Shown: piece after piece, positions 25,625-37,658 of the stretch | Position numbering within the stretch: the stretch's first letter is position 1 | Layout: the number at the start of each line of letters is the position of its first letter | Assembly (NCBI GenBank): GCA_010356995.1 | Contig: ML996693.1 | Coordinates: 1 to 64,000, forward strand | Length of the DNA stretch: 64,000 nucleotides | Source of the DNA: Trichodelitschia bisporula | Taxonomy: Eukaryota | Reading direction: 5' to 3' | Made by a program: the position numbers and the translations under genes | The notes under the pieces: model-generated | Databases searched by the model: none | Told to the model about the DNA's origin: nothing | Seen by the model: the letters and a program-made list of their open reading frames with translations, nothing else

Positions 25625-27634
25625 AGGTGGGCCGACGGGGCGGGTTGGTGCATTGGATGGAGTATGGATGCATTGCGGGTTGATATCAGCACGTGATTCG
25701 TGCAGCAGCACCGTACCTAATCGAGAGTGTGAGCTTGCTTTTCCACCCAGCGGCCCGGAAGCTGCGTTGCCGCGTCTCGTATTTCTGTAAGGCCGCCGGC
25801 CGATGGGAGGGGTTGCGCAGGAACGCGGACCCGCAGCCGTGGCGAGAGCGCGCGGGCGGGTGGCGATGATGGGTTCGAAAGGCGCGGAAGGGGCAATCGG
25901 TCGGGGTCGGTTGCGATCTTTGCATGAAGACCAATCCCCCACTTTGGACACATGCAGGAGCCAGGGCTGTTTGGGGGAATTTTTGATGCGGCTTTTGAGG
26001 TTAGAGTTTGTTGCGCGCATGTTGCTTTTTATTGCTAGTAGGGATTCATACGGTAAGGTCATGTTGTGGTGCCGTAGGGTATAATGGCGTGCCGTGGCTG
26101 TGCCTTGCATGGACTGGTGCAAGTGAGCGTGGGGTAAACACGGGATTGTGGCATAACAGAAGGCGGAACGGAATTGATTGATGGGTTTGACGGGCTCTGA
26201 CGGGAGTGACAGGTTCCGGACGGCAAGCAACACCACGGCTCCTTCCGGCGAGGGAAGTTTATCCGAGTCTGTTTGCGTCGGTGCTGCTGTCTGACTTCAG
26301 GCCGACTTCACCTCATCCTTCAGATGAGAATTATTACAAAGGCCACATCGCATGTCTGCTTTCTTCTTCTTCTGAATCCTTAGCGTCCTCTAGTTCATCT
26401 CGTGTTCAAGGATCATCTGTCCATCGCAATTGTTGACCCAAGTCCTGTCATGGGACCATCCAGTTCGGCCTGGGGCGATGCATCCCGCGCTCGATGACCG
26501 CAAAACCGTAGCGCGTCCCACCACGACGATCGATTCAGATCAACCCATGGACCCGGTAAACTCGTTGATCAGCCGTTGAAGGTCAACTTCCGCTGCCCCC
26601 ACAGCTGGCGAAGGACCTGTCCGTCATTGCTCATCCTAGTAGGGCTCCATCGGTATCTCAGATGAGGAAGGATATACCAGCGATAACCTCGAGTATCTCC
26701 TGGACGATGCCGTCAATTATGTTTGCTGCCAATGCAGCAATCTCCGGTTTACGGAGATCACAGGATTTATGCCAATATCGCTGCCAAAGAAGCAAGCTAG
26801 GGGAACTGCAACGACTGCGGGATACGGGTGTACACCTCGTCAGGGACTAGACACTCTCAACCCGCAGCAGAAGCCGATGGAGACAATGTACTGCCAGAAT
26901 ATTCGCAAGGTGAATGCGCAAACCTTCCTTTGCCAACTGACTTCCCCATAATAGTTTTACAATGATGAGCCAGCCTTGACAACTTTTCCACGCCCTGCTT
27001 CGTCTGCCTCGGTCGCTGCCCAGCTTCCATCCCCGGACCAGGAATGAATGAGGCTGCCAAAGAGGCTTTAAAAAAAGTTTTCAGCCTTGAAGGGACCAGT
27101 AGAATTTTTATCTCCAGTTCCCGACTTCGAAGTTCCCCCCGCGCACCGATAATGCAGTGCCGATCTCTGTAGCCCCACCCCACAGGCTGGAAGCGAAGCA
27201 TGTCGATGGAAGCTACCGGTAGGCGGACCCCGATCGGTCCCATAATTTCTGCGGAGCTCCGACCTGTTCACCCCACCCCCACATCCATGAGGCTGCCCAC
27301 AAGACTCACCCCGCAATACCGTAGAAGCATTTTGGCTTCCCCGTACTCCGTACGAACCGTACTTTGTACATGTGAGAACCCTGAAGTACCACAATTACCA
27401 CGAGTGTTGGTATCCGCAACCTTAGTCTAACTTTCCAGGTACGAGGTTTCGCTCTTTCACTCGTCTAGACTTGCTTCAAGCATCACGTGCTTCCCCCCCT
27501 TCCGGCCATTTATGATCCGGTCGAATCCCCCTTTGTGGACGAATTGTGCACGGCCCCATCAAACGCCACTTTGCTTATTTTCAAGGCACGGCTGCCTTAA
27601 TGCCTCAATTATGCAGTCAATTGACAAGCGCGAA

Positions 27635-28149
27635 AGATAAGAGCCCTTGGCCTAGTTTATCATGGCGAGGGCCCCCACTCCGGCTCGTCGCGCCTCGCGG
27701 GGGAGACTGCACGTTGGGGTCGTTCCCCTCACGCTCATCCTCCCGCCCATCCTCCCGCCGACCACACGCAGCACTCGGCAGAGCCAAATGATCCCCAAGG
27801 CAATCTCAAAGAGTATTTCTCAACCAACGCCGCAATATCAAAGCGTTTCATATGGTCCAGGCTCGACGTTGCAATCGTTATCGACTTCGCCTCCCTTTGT
27901 TTCTCCCTTTGCAGATGTCTCCTTCCCCTCTCAACTCCCTCCACGCCCGCATTGGCCCGCCCGCGCTGATAGTGGCTTGATCCCACACCCCGGCCACCCC
28001 ATCCTCAAGGCGCCGTGAACGTTCGTAGAAAAGGCCGGGCTGCGCGCGCCCAATCTCTCAAGTGATAATCCTGTCCTGCCTTACATTCCCGTCATCCATA
28101 AGCCTTGGACTCCGTCCGATGAACAGCAGCGCGTCGCTGTCCACGATAA
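27635..28149 (+). promoter_or_regulatory. Cluster of HGATAR (AreA/NIT2-type) sites upstream of the ammonium permease
   Basis: AGATAA 27635, TGATAG 27967, TGATAA 28063 and CGATAA 28144, all on the + strand within 700 bp of the ATG. Confidence 0.5.
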
Positions 28150-28304
28150 CTCGTCGACATCCGTGATTCTAACCCGGAAAGTCGTTCCTTTGGCAACCCC
28201 GCCCCCATCAGCACTGAAAAGCGCGGATACCCGCAGTACCGTACTACGGTACCCGCGTCTCCACACCACCCCATCTACAAGAACCCCCCGCCTCCCGAGC
28301 AAAA

Positions 28305-29907
28305 ATGGCCGCTCCGACACAAGGTCTCCCATATATTCCTCTCGTCCCCGTGCCCAGCGACATTCCCGTTACAGGCGGCGACAGCCTGACGGAAAACCTC
28401 AATGTCTACTATGAATCCGGCAACATCGCATGGATGCTTATGTCGACGGCCCTGGTGCTGCTCATGATTCCTGGGGTCGGCTTTTTCTACAGCGGTCTCG
28501 CACGGCGCAAGAGCGCACTTTCGCTGTTATGGCTTTCTGTCATGGGCACCGCCGTCATTTCTTTCCAGTGGTTCTTCTGGGGATACTCGCTTGCCTTTTC
28601 GCACAAGGCGGGTAAATACATGGGCGCGCTCGACAACATCGGCTTCAGAGGAGTGCTGGGCGCGCCTTCCGTCGCCAGCCCGCTGATTCCCGATCTGCTG
28701 TTCGCCATCTACCAAGGCATGTTCGCGGCCATCACGTGAGTTGCACATCCAACATCACTTTCAATTTCCAAACTATCGCTAACCTCCCGCCCAGTGTCGT
28801 CCTCGCCATCGGCGCCGTCGCCGAGCGCGGCCGCATGCTCCCCTGCCTGATTTACATGTTCATCTGGAGCACAGTAATCTACGACGCCATTGCGTGCTGG
28901 ACATGGAACCCACACGGCTGGGTCGCGCAACTGGGCGGTCTCGACTTCGCCGGCGGCACGCCCGTGCATATCGCCTCTGGCACCGCCGCGCTGGCGTACA
29001 GCTACATGCTCGGCAAGCGCCGCGGCCACGGCACGCAGGAGCTCAACTACCGACCGCACAACGTCACGCACATCGTCATCGGCACTGTGTTCCTGTGGGT
29101 GGGCTGGTTCGGCTTCAATGCTGGCAGCGCGTTGGGCGCGAATATGCGCGCTGTCATGGCGGCTGTAGTCACGCATCTCGCGGCCTGCACGGGCGGCATC
29201 ACCTGGTGTCTCGTCGACTACCGCCTCGAGCGCAAGTGGTCCACTGTTGGCTTCTGCAGCGGTGTGATTGCGGGCCTCGTGGCCATTACGCCGGGCAGCG
29301 GGTACGTCCCACCGTGGGCGGCGATTATCTTCGGTGTCGTCGGCGGCGCGGCGTGCAACTACGCCACGAAGCTGAAGTACTTCTTGCGGTGCGACGATGC
29401 TCTGGATATCTTTGCCGTGCATGCGGTTGGAGGGTTCGTTGGCAACTTGCTGACAGCATTCTTTGCTGCCGATTACATTGTCCATCTTGACGGCTTTTCC
29501 TCGCTCCCTGGCGGCTGGGTCAACCACCACTGGATCCAACTGGGGTATCAGCTCGCGGACTCGGTTTCTGGCGGCGCGTACTCCTTCTTCGGCACGTGCG
29601 TCATCCTGGGTGTGCTCGACTTCCTCGGCAAATACATCCCGGTCCTGAAGCTGCGGGCAACGGAGGAAGAGGAGATCCTCGGCATCGACGACGTGGAGAT
29701 TGGCGAATTTGCCGTAAGTATATCACGTGCGCATAATATGTGGCTGGTGTTAATGTGTTTCAGTACGACTACGTCGAGATCTCGCGCGACGTCGGCCCGA
29801 TCGAGGAAATGGACGCCGAGAGCCGACGCTCATACGGCGGCGGATCGCACCCGTACCATGGCCCGGAGAAGAGCTATGACTCGACGCGGCCGATGGTGGA
29901 GCCGTGA
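28305..29907 (+). CDS. MEP: Ammonium transporter (Amt/Mep family, twin-His type)
   Basis: GFFYSGL, YQGMFA, DFAGGTPVHIASG, WFGFNAGS, GLVAITP, DDALDIFAVHAVGG, GIDDVEIGEFA-YDY. Introns ~28736-28794 and ~29713-29763. Confidence 0.96.
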
Positions 29908-31501
29908 CTAGCCGTCGGAAACTAGCTCCGCCGCACGGGGTCGGAGCCGCGGCCACAGATGCTGCGAAGCGTGAACGACGACGAGACAACGGAAGACGAC
30001 CATCCGGTCTTCCACATCGTGCGATGTGCGCGCCGGCTCCCGCTGGGGGCTGCGCGCGTGCACTTGGCTTGTTACAATTAGGTGTGTCTGGGCGTGTGTG
30101 TCTTTTTGGGTGCGAGGTTCGGCGGGCGGCGTTATGTTTATCCGGTTCCTTTGTCTGATTGACAGCTTTCATGGATACCATTTGGTGGTGGGTTAGGGGT
30201 GGTAATGCTGACGAAGCGGGGTGTGGTGGGTCTTGTCGGTCTAGTGGGTCTAGTGGGGTCTGGAGGCGGGACGGTGCGCGGGGGATCGGGCGGGCGCGGG
30301 GTCGGGAGCGGAGCAGGTTGGGAGGAGACCCTGACGGGGTTCGGTGTCGGGAAAAGACCTATTGGGATGGTGGTTGGGAAGGTACGGGAGATAATGATGG
30401 ATAGTACCGCGTGCAGGCGCACGGTGGACGTGTGAAAAATGCAAGAGTTGGTCCGTTGAAAGGCGGTTCTCACGTCGGTTCCAAACCGATGAAGTAAAGA
30501 CAATATGACACCTGTTATCAGGGTCGTCAATGACGTGCCGCCAATCGATGATGCCATCATCATCGGTGAAACGGAGGTGATCGCAGCATTAGTGCCTACC
30601 AACTGCACCTACGAACCGAAGAAAGTCTAAAAGGCACAGCTCCCGGCCTTCCCCCTTATCACGCCTCCCAGCAAACGTGTCACCTGGGCCGGACCGACAG
30701 ATTCGGAGCGACATTATGCCCGCACCGCGCGGCATTGCAATTGCAGTTCATTTTACTAGTTTCGATCGTGTACCGGAAGTGCTTTTGAAGGTTCGTCATT
30801 CGACTTGTGTGTTGACCTGCCGCTAACCGCCGCAGCCTTCACCTGTACGTTGTAGCCTTTGTACACGTATGCTACTTGCACTGGTGTCCCGGATTGGATC
30901 AAGTTCGATAATTTCGACTCCGATATTCGTTGGTCCAGTCATGGTTCTCTGCCGCGGAACAATCATGTATACTCGCCCCACCCGGAGCCTCCGTCCCACG
31001 AATCGTGTACGTAGTATACGTAGTGCCTAGACGGATCTACCTTGGGCTCAACCACACCACATGGATACCGCAAACTTGATCTGCGGATACGCCGAGATCC
31101 TGTGACAATTTCCGTCAATTTCATTCAACTTCTTCACGTTATTGCAAGCTGATGTTCCTCCCTGCTGATTGCATGTGATGCGATTCCTCATGATTGTCCA
31201 GGTAACCGGGCATTTCGACCCTTATCAGCCCTCCCACCAACACCGCTATTTACCATGAGGGACCCCGTGGTATCGTAGTAAGCGGACACGTCTTTTTAGT
31301 CCAGCCATTCAGCAGTTCCCCCTCATCATCCGTACGGTAGAGCAAACCAAGATGCCGCCACCTTCACGCCATACTACGTATGCCGGAAGATTCGGTAGAG
31401 TCCCAAACTCCGAATATGGCCACATCTGCTCTTCAGGACAGTATTAAAGGCCCTGCTCTGTCCTTCCCTCTCCTTCTCACCCTGCATCAAGCAAAAGCAT
31501 C

Positions 31502-32389
31502 ATGGCCGACAAAGACCCCAAAAACACCAGCACCCAATCCGATCCTCAGGCCCCTCCACTTGTAAGTGCACTCCTCCCCGCTCGAGGAAGACGTCTAACT
31601 CTTCAGGACACTATTTTAGACATTTTCAATACCTTCTGCGACGGCAAGGACAATATCAGCCTCCCCTACGGTGATTGGCCGTTTGGGCCCCCTCGCACCT
31701 TCGATGATCCCCACACCGAGTATCTACGCAGCTTGATGCCTCTCGAAGGGACTAAGCAAGCCTACAACAGTCCATATCCACAAATTGATGGTACTCGTGA
31801 TTCTTCTTGGGCAGCATCTCAGCCTCATCCACAGGAGCGTGAGGTGCCAATCCAGACGAACGCCACAAAGGAGAAGAACGAGTTCAACACCCGTGCAACC
31901 ACTCATGGTCTCTCGTCACTCCCTACCCGCTCTGTCGATTCAAACACCCCGCTTCCCTGGTACATCCTTCTCTCCATACTCATCGGACTCTACCTCTGCT
32001 ACGCCGGCAGCGCGCTTATCACCGCCTCGATAATTGGCATGGCCGCCGATCTGCTGCTCGAGACGAGCACATGCAAGGGCTTGGAGCGCTGGCTACTCAT
32101 CGGCCTGTCCGGACAGCTAGCCATCGTACTTGGGTATGCTGCTGAACGCATAGCTCAGTCAAAACCTCACTGCACTGCATCCGAGAAGCTGCTGGCGCGT
32201 GGGCAGAAAGTTCCTGTTTGGGAATCCTTGAGGAGGTGGTGGCGGCCCGGTGGTGGTGGCGGAAAGGACGAGGAGTATGGTCGTAGGCAGGGTTGGAGGG
32301 TTAATGTCGAGAAAGAGTTGAAGGGAATAGGTGAGTTGTATGCGTGCGGAGGGCCAAAGGGGTACTCTACTATGGGGCTGAGTACTTGA
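31502..32389 (+). CDS. Hypothetical membrane protein
   Basis: Open frame with an in-frame 45-nt intron (31562-31606, GTAAGT..CTAAC..CAG) and 2-3 hydrophobic segments. No family recognised. Confidence 0.6.
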   Translation: MADKDPKNTSTQSDPQAPPLVSALLPARGRRLTLQDTILDIFNTFCDGKDNISLPYGDWPFGPPRTFDDPHTEYLRSLMPLEGTKQAYNSPYPQIDGTRDSSWAASQPHPQEREVPIQTNATKEKNEFNTRATTHGLSSLPTRSVDSNTPLPWYILLSILIGLYLCYAGSALITASIIGMAADLLLETSTCKGLERWLLIGLSGQLAIVLGYAAERIAQSKPHCTASEKLLARGQKVPVWESLRRWWRPGGGGGKDEEYGRRQGWRVNVEKELKGIGELYACGGPKGYSTMGLST

Positions 32390-33497
32390 GTGGCCACTGT
32401 ACTGCGTAGTAAGTGCTTGAGTGACTACTCAGATGTTATTCTGATGCAAGCAGTGGCAACGTTTCAGCACCCTAATTATCCGGAGATGTCGTTGCATTTA
32501 CGTTCATTTTGCGTTGCTTTTACGTGGATTTAAAACTACTTCTAACGGTCATTTTAATGTTTAAGAGCTATGAAGGGAAGATGTCGCTGGAAAAATGGCA
32601 AAGGCTGGACGATGTTGGATTCATGAAACGAGAGGTTGGAACCAGACCCGTCAACCCGGGTCTCAATTTTTTTTTAGTCTGCCCAAACTCGCCCGCTCGT
32701 GGGGGGGTTTGGGCAGGGCGGAGTGGGATTCAGGCAGCAGAACCTCAACCCTCCCTGTCTAGCACGCTCACGGGCGGGCGCGGGCGGGCGGGCTCGGGCG
32801 GATGGACTTGTTAAGATGGAAATGTGAGATGGACATGTTGAGATGGAGATTCCGAACTTCCGCGGAATGGATACAACTAGCAATACTAGGCCAGTTATTC
32901 CCCCCTGTACTTTCGCTAATGCTCGTGCACCATCAGGTCAATAGTAAAGGAATCAAGGTACGGTGAGTCAAGGAGTTTCTGGACAGAATGGTCGCTTTCG
33001 GTATGAGTTGGTGGATTGGTGCTTTGGCTGGGAGGGATTGAGGCGGTGAGTTCCCTTTACCATGGCAAGTTGCGGCATTGCCGTGATCTCGCAAGGCGAA
33101 GGGGGCCGAGGGTCAGTAGAGTTGATGGAGATAAGGGGTTGGAGGTGGTTCTGAGGTCGGTCGCGCGCTGCAAATTTCCGTGGGAAAGTACCTCGGGACG
33201 CCGAACGGTGGCATCTCAAGTTGGAGAACAGCTTTCAGATTCAGTTCATCGTCGGAGGTTGTGCGAACGTGCAGAGGGGCGCGAGGCTGGGACACAAGGC
33301 TGAGGTAGTTTTGAGGCTGGACAACGGGTTCATATTCAGCCGATGCCGAGTGATGGCACGAGGTATAGTACATAGGCGGGGCCCATCTCATGACAGACGT
33401 TGTCCATTGATGCCTGCCACAAGTTCAGCACATCAACATCCAAAGCACCACACCACTCAATCGGAGCACACATCAAACACACAAAACAGCGCTTCAT

Positions 33498-35461
33498 TCA
33501 CAACTTAACCCCCTTAACAATCCCTGTCTTGATCCCCGTCAACTCGCCCTTATACCCCCCCTTCCCCTCACCCCCCTTATACACCGCCCTCACACTGCCC
33601 AACTTCCTCTTCTTCTCCTCAAACTTAAGCCTCTTCTTCACGCGCGGGTTCCGCACCTCCTTCTTCCGGAACGGTGTCAGCCCCTTATTCTTAGCAATCT
33701 GGTACGTGACCCCGCGTTTCCCATCCGGCCCAATAGTCTCCACCTCCTGCACGTGGCCCCCCTCCTTCGCAGCAAGCGCCTCAGCCGCCGCACGCGCCTT
33801 GCGGCCATCCTTCTTGTCCTTCGACTTCTTCGCCACAAGATCGTAGTACTCATCATCCCCCCCGCCGTCTTCCCGGCCCCCCTCTTCATCCTCCCCGCCC
33901 AAATCCGCGCCCGGCCCTTCGGCTTTGCCTCTCTTCTCGGCATCCCGATTCAGCCGCTCGGCCCGATCGCGCAGCCGCTCGCGCCGCGGGATATCCGTAT
34001 CACCACCGGCCTCACGGCCCGCGGCCCCGCGCTTATTGGCCTTCTGCGCCAGCTGGGCGGTGTAGAACTTAAGCGAGCGCTTGCGCTTCGCGTTCTCCTC
34101 CGCGTCGAACGGCGTGAGCGCATTCTCGCCATCGTCCAGAACATTGACTGCCGGCTTGACAGGCGCCGAGCGGGAGATCAGTGTGTCCAGGTCCATGAGG
34201 TCTGCGTCGAGACGCGCGAGTTGTTCCTGGGTACGGAGCGAGTCGGCGGTCGGCTGCTTCGCGGTGGCCTTCTTTGCAGCCTTCTTCGCCTTGCGAGCCG
34301 CGCGCTTAGCCGCCTGTTCATCTTCGTCCACGTCTGAGACAACCGCCTGCTCCACCTTGGCGAGGCTAAGCCCGCGCTCCACGCCGTCCACCTCGGCCTC
34401 CTCGGCCGCGGCATCCGGGACGCGCAGCTCCTGGACCTTAGCCCACAGCCCGCGACACCGGACCAGCACCTCCATCACGGGGTGGCTGCGCATGCGGTTC
34501 GGGTCGGCGGCCAGCTGACTGCCCTTCTCGTCGGCGGTGCCGGTCAGAAGCGCGAAGTACATCGCTGCGGCGCCAAGGTAGGCTCCCAGCGCGCGGTGCT
34601 TGACGACGGCGGGATGCGGGCGCAGATTAGGGAAGGGTGGATTTGACGGATGACCAGCGTTGAGGGCGGATTTGCGGCGGTGGAGCGCGTCGGCTTTGGC
34701 TGCGGCTTGGGCTAGGGCGTCCAGCTCGGGCGAGAGGGTGAGTAGGTCCTGGGCCAGCGGTGCGAACTCCGGGTACCGGCTGTGCAGCAGTTCGAGGCGC
34801 TCCGTAGGCTCCATGGTGGGCGGGACTTGCAGCGGTGGCAGCACCTCGGTGACTACATCTTCACCATCCGGGGCCTCGCCCTCGTCATCCTGCGTCGCGA
34901 AGTCGAGCCCAAAATCGGCGTCATCTAGGGCGGCTAGATGCTTGCGCTGCAGGCGCAGGGCTTCCTTTTCCTCGTCTATAGCGGCCTGCTCCGTATCGAT
35001 GTCGTCGGCGCCGTAGAAGTCCGCGCGAGAGGTGCCCCACGCAGTGACCTCTTCCTCGTTGTCGGAGGCCGCGCCGTCCGAGCCGGACGCAGCGCGAGGT
35101 TTACGGGTATCGTAGTCGTCCTCCATATCGTCGTCTTCGTCGGCATCTTCATCGTCGTAGTCCTCTTCGTCCGACGACGGGAGAGCCAACACTTCCTCGC
35201 CTTCGCTCTCGAGCCCCTCCACTGCGGAATTAGCTCTGCTAGTGACTTCCAGGCGCGCCACTCACCCTCTTCAGCCGCCATCCGCCGCCTCTTCGCATCC
35301 CGGCCCTCGTCCAGCATGATCATCTCGCGGTTCGCCAGAAACTCATCCTCGGAGTCAGCCACATCGGCATAAGTGTTGATTGTCAGCTTCGATGAGCCGA
35401 GCGGCGCGGGCTCGGACCGAGTCGCGGCAGCACGGGATGAGGTCTTTCGTTTCTTCGCCAT
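33498..35461 (-). CDS. SAS10: Sas10/Utp3 SSU processome component
   Basis: MAKKRK start, YPEFAPL, HPVMEVL, GGDTDIP, and C-terminal KRGVTYQIAKNKGLTP.RKKEVRNPRVKKR..YKGELTGIK. One intron near 35222-35265. Confidence 0.95.
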
Positions 35462-35925
35462 TGTAGGTGTAGATCGGGTGGTCGGGGTGGGGATGTTCGG
35501 TGGTTGCTTGGTTGTGGTCGACATGGCGGAGGTGAACTTTTTTCACCGGGGGTCGGCACCGCCACGACAGGGATGACATGTGGCTGTCTTGGCGCCTCGG
35601 TCGATTCGGACAAGGCTGATTCCCGGCCTCGACGTCCGACATGCCGACAACGGTCGCTACCGTAATTGATGAACGGCCCGAGATGACACGTAATCAAAAG
35701 CCCATAGTCAGATCCGATTACGTGCGCTAGGCCGCTTTGAAATCAAACACTAATGGAGCATCTACGAGCTCGATCTCATGGCAATCAATCGCATACAGGC
35801 TGCAGTGTAAGACGCCATGACCAACAATCAAGCCGATTACCACAGTAATGTGGTACCGTAGTATACATATTCGACCCACCTACCGTCTCAGTGAGCCGCG
35901 CCAACGTCACCAACCCTCCGCCAAG

Positions 35926-36894
35926 ATGAAACTCCCCACCATCTCCGCCTTCCTCCCCCTCACATCCGCTCTAACCTGCTGGACCCCCCTCCCACCCCTA
36001 CCCCTTGGCCCCAGACAAGAACACTCCGTAACCGCCCTCTCTAACTTCATCTATGTCGTTGGCGGCCTCCTAAACAGCACAACCGTAACCCCCACCATCC
36101 CCACCTTCGACACCTTGTCAAAATCCTGGTCCCAAGCACCTCCTCTCCCAACCCCGCTTCACCACCCCAGCATCGCCGCCCTGGATGGTAAGCTCTACGT
36201 CCTGGGTGGGCTCCTCAATCTCAAGGGGGCAGACTGGCGCCCCGTGTCCGCGGCCTGGGTCTTGCAGCCTAACGGAACGTGGTCTGACCTTCCGCCGCCC
36301 CCGCCCGGCGCTGAGGTCGGCAGCGCGGCCGTCGGTGTTATCGGTAGCAAGATTTATCTCGCCGGCGGATTGACGCGGCGCGGGAGTGGGATGGTGCCTG
36401 TTGACGGGGTAAGCGTATACGATACGGCGGCGCGGACGTGGAGTCAAGGGCCGCCGTTACCGGAGGCGCGGGATCATGGCGGGGGAGCGGTGGTGGGAGG
36501 CACGATGTACGTTATTGGAGGACGGATGGGGAGTGTGCGGACGAATCGGGCGACAGTGTGGGCGCTGGACGTGGAAAAAGGAGGGAAATGGGCAGTCAAG
36601 AAGGAGATGCCGACCGCGCGCGGCGGGGTGGCGGTTGTTAAGGCTGGAGAGCGCATTTATGTATTCGGGGGTGAGGGGAACAATGCGCCGGGCACGCGGG
36701 GTGTGTTCGGTGAGGTGGAAGTATATGATTTTGCGAAGGATACTTGGAGTGCGGAGGGGAAGATGAGAGTTGCTAGACACGGTATGGGGGCGGTGGAGGT
36801 GGGAGGTTCGATATATGTGCCCGGAGGCGGAGCGACACAGTCTGGGAGTGCTCCCGTGGAGGAGTTTGATGCGTTTAGGCCTGGAACTTGTTAA
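35926..36894 (+). CDS. Secreted kelch-repeat beta-propeller protein
   Basis: Signal peptide MKLPTISAFLPLTSA and six kelch repeats (IYVVGG, LYVLGG, IYLAGG, MYVIGG, IYVFGG, IYVPGG), each with a downstream Trp. Confidence 0.9.
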   Translation: MKLPTISAFLPLTSALTCWTPLPPLPLGPRQEHSVTALSNFIYVVGGLLNSTTVTPTIPTFDTLSKSWSQAPPLPTPLHHPSIAALDGKLYVLGGLLNLKGADWRPVSAAWVLQPNGTWSDLPPPPPGAEVGSAAVGVIGSKIYLAGGLTRRGSGMVPVDGVSVYDTAARTWSQGPPLPEARDHGGGAVVGGTMYVIGGRMGSVRTNRATVWALDVEKGGKWAVKKEMPTARGGVAVVKAGERIYVFGGEGNNAPGTRGVFGEVEVYDFAKDTWSAEGKMRVARHGMGAVEVGGSIYVPGGGATQSGSAPVEEFDAFRPGTC

Positions 36895-37050
36895 TTGATT
36901 TCAGGGTTCGGTTGGGGTTGGCGGGATCCGGTGCTTCGTGGCAGGCTAGGGATGTCGGTGAACCACCCAGAGGACTTCACATGGTGACGCGGCAAGGGAC
37001 TGAACCAAGGAAAGGTGGCTACTAGTAATAGAACTTGTCCGGTTCCCCTC

Positions 37051-37651
37051 CAAAAGCCAGCATCAGCGAGCAGATCTCATCGCTCTCATCATGCCATCCT
37101 CAGCCCGCACTCAATAAGTCAGTGGGGGTGAACTCACCTAGTGAATATCATCACACCGACCTCGGCTCGCACTCGAAGAACCAGCATCAGCGAGTTCGCC
37201 TCTTCATCATCGTCATCCCGTCCTTGGTCCCGTTCCGAGAAGCCAACACCAGCAAACCCGCCTCATCAGTATCATCACCTCGTCTAGGCTCGCCTTCGAG
37301 AAGCTAGCAGCAATGAACTAACTTCTTCAGTATCATTACGCTGTCCTCACCCGCACCCAGAAGCCAACATCAACAACCTCTCCTCATCAGTATCGTCATA
37401 ACGTCTTCGGTCCGCTCTCGAGAAGCCAATATCAGCAAAACCGCCTCATCAGCAACATCAGGTCGTCCTTGACCCACACCCAAGAAGCCAGCATCAACGA
37501 CCTGACCCCACCTGTCGCCGGCCTGAACCCCAGAAGCCAACACCGACAAACTCACCTCGTGAGTATCCTCATGCCGTCCTCGCCCGCACCCAAAACCAAC
37601 ATCAACAATCTCGCCTCGTCAACATCATCCCGCCGTCCTCGGCCCACAAAC
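37051..37651. repeat. Degenerate minisatellite, 10 units of ~61 bp
   Basis: Unit heads (AGAAGCCAACATCA-like) at about 37052, 37114, 37176, 37238, 37299, 37359, 37421, 37483, 37532 and 37592, mostly followed by CCTCATCAGTATCATC..CGTCCTC..CCCGCAC-like blocks. Confidence 0.85.
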
Positions 37652-37658
37652 GAACAAG

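Noticed and set aside
26400..27050. Possible decayed gene with an intron-like segment near 26910-26954
   Set aside because: Frames are short and interrupted, and no family motif is recognisable.
37051..37651. CRISPR-like appearance of the ~61-bp array
   Set aside because: The context is eukaryotic, there are no cas genes, and the 'spacer' parts are homologous to each other, so this is a degenerate tandem repeat.
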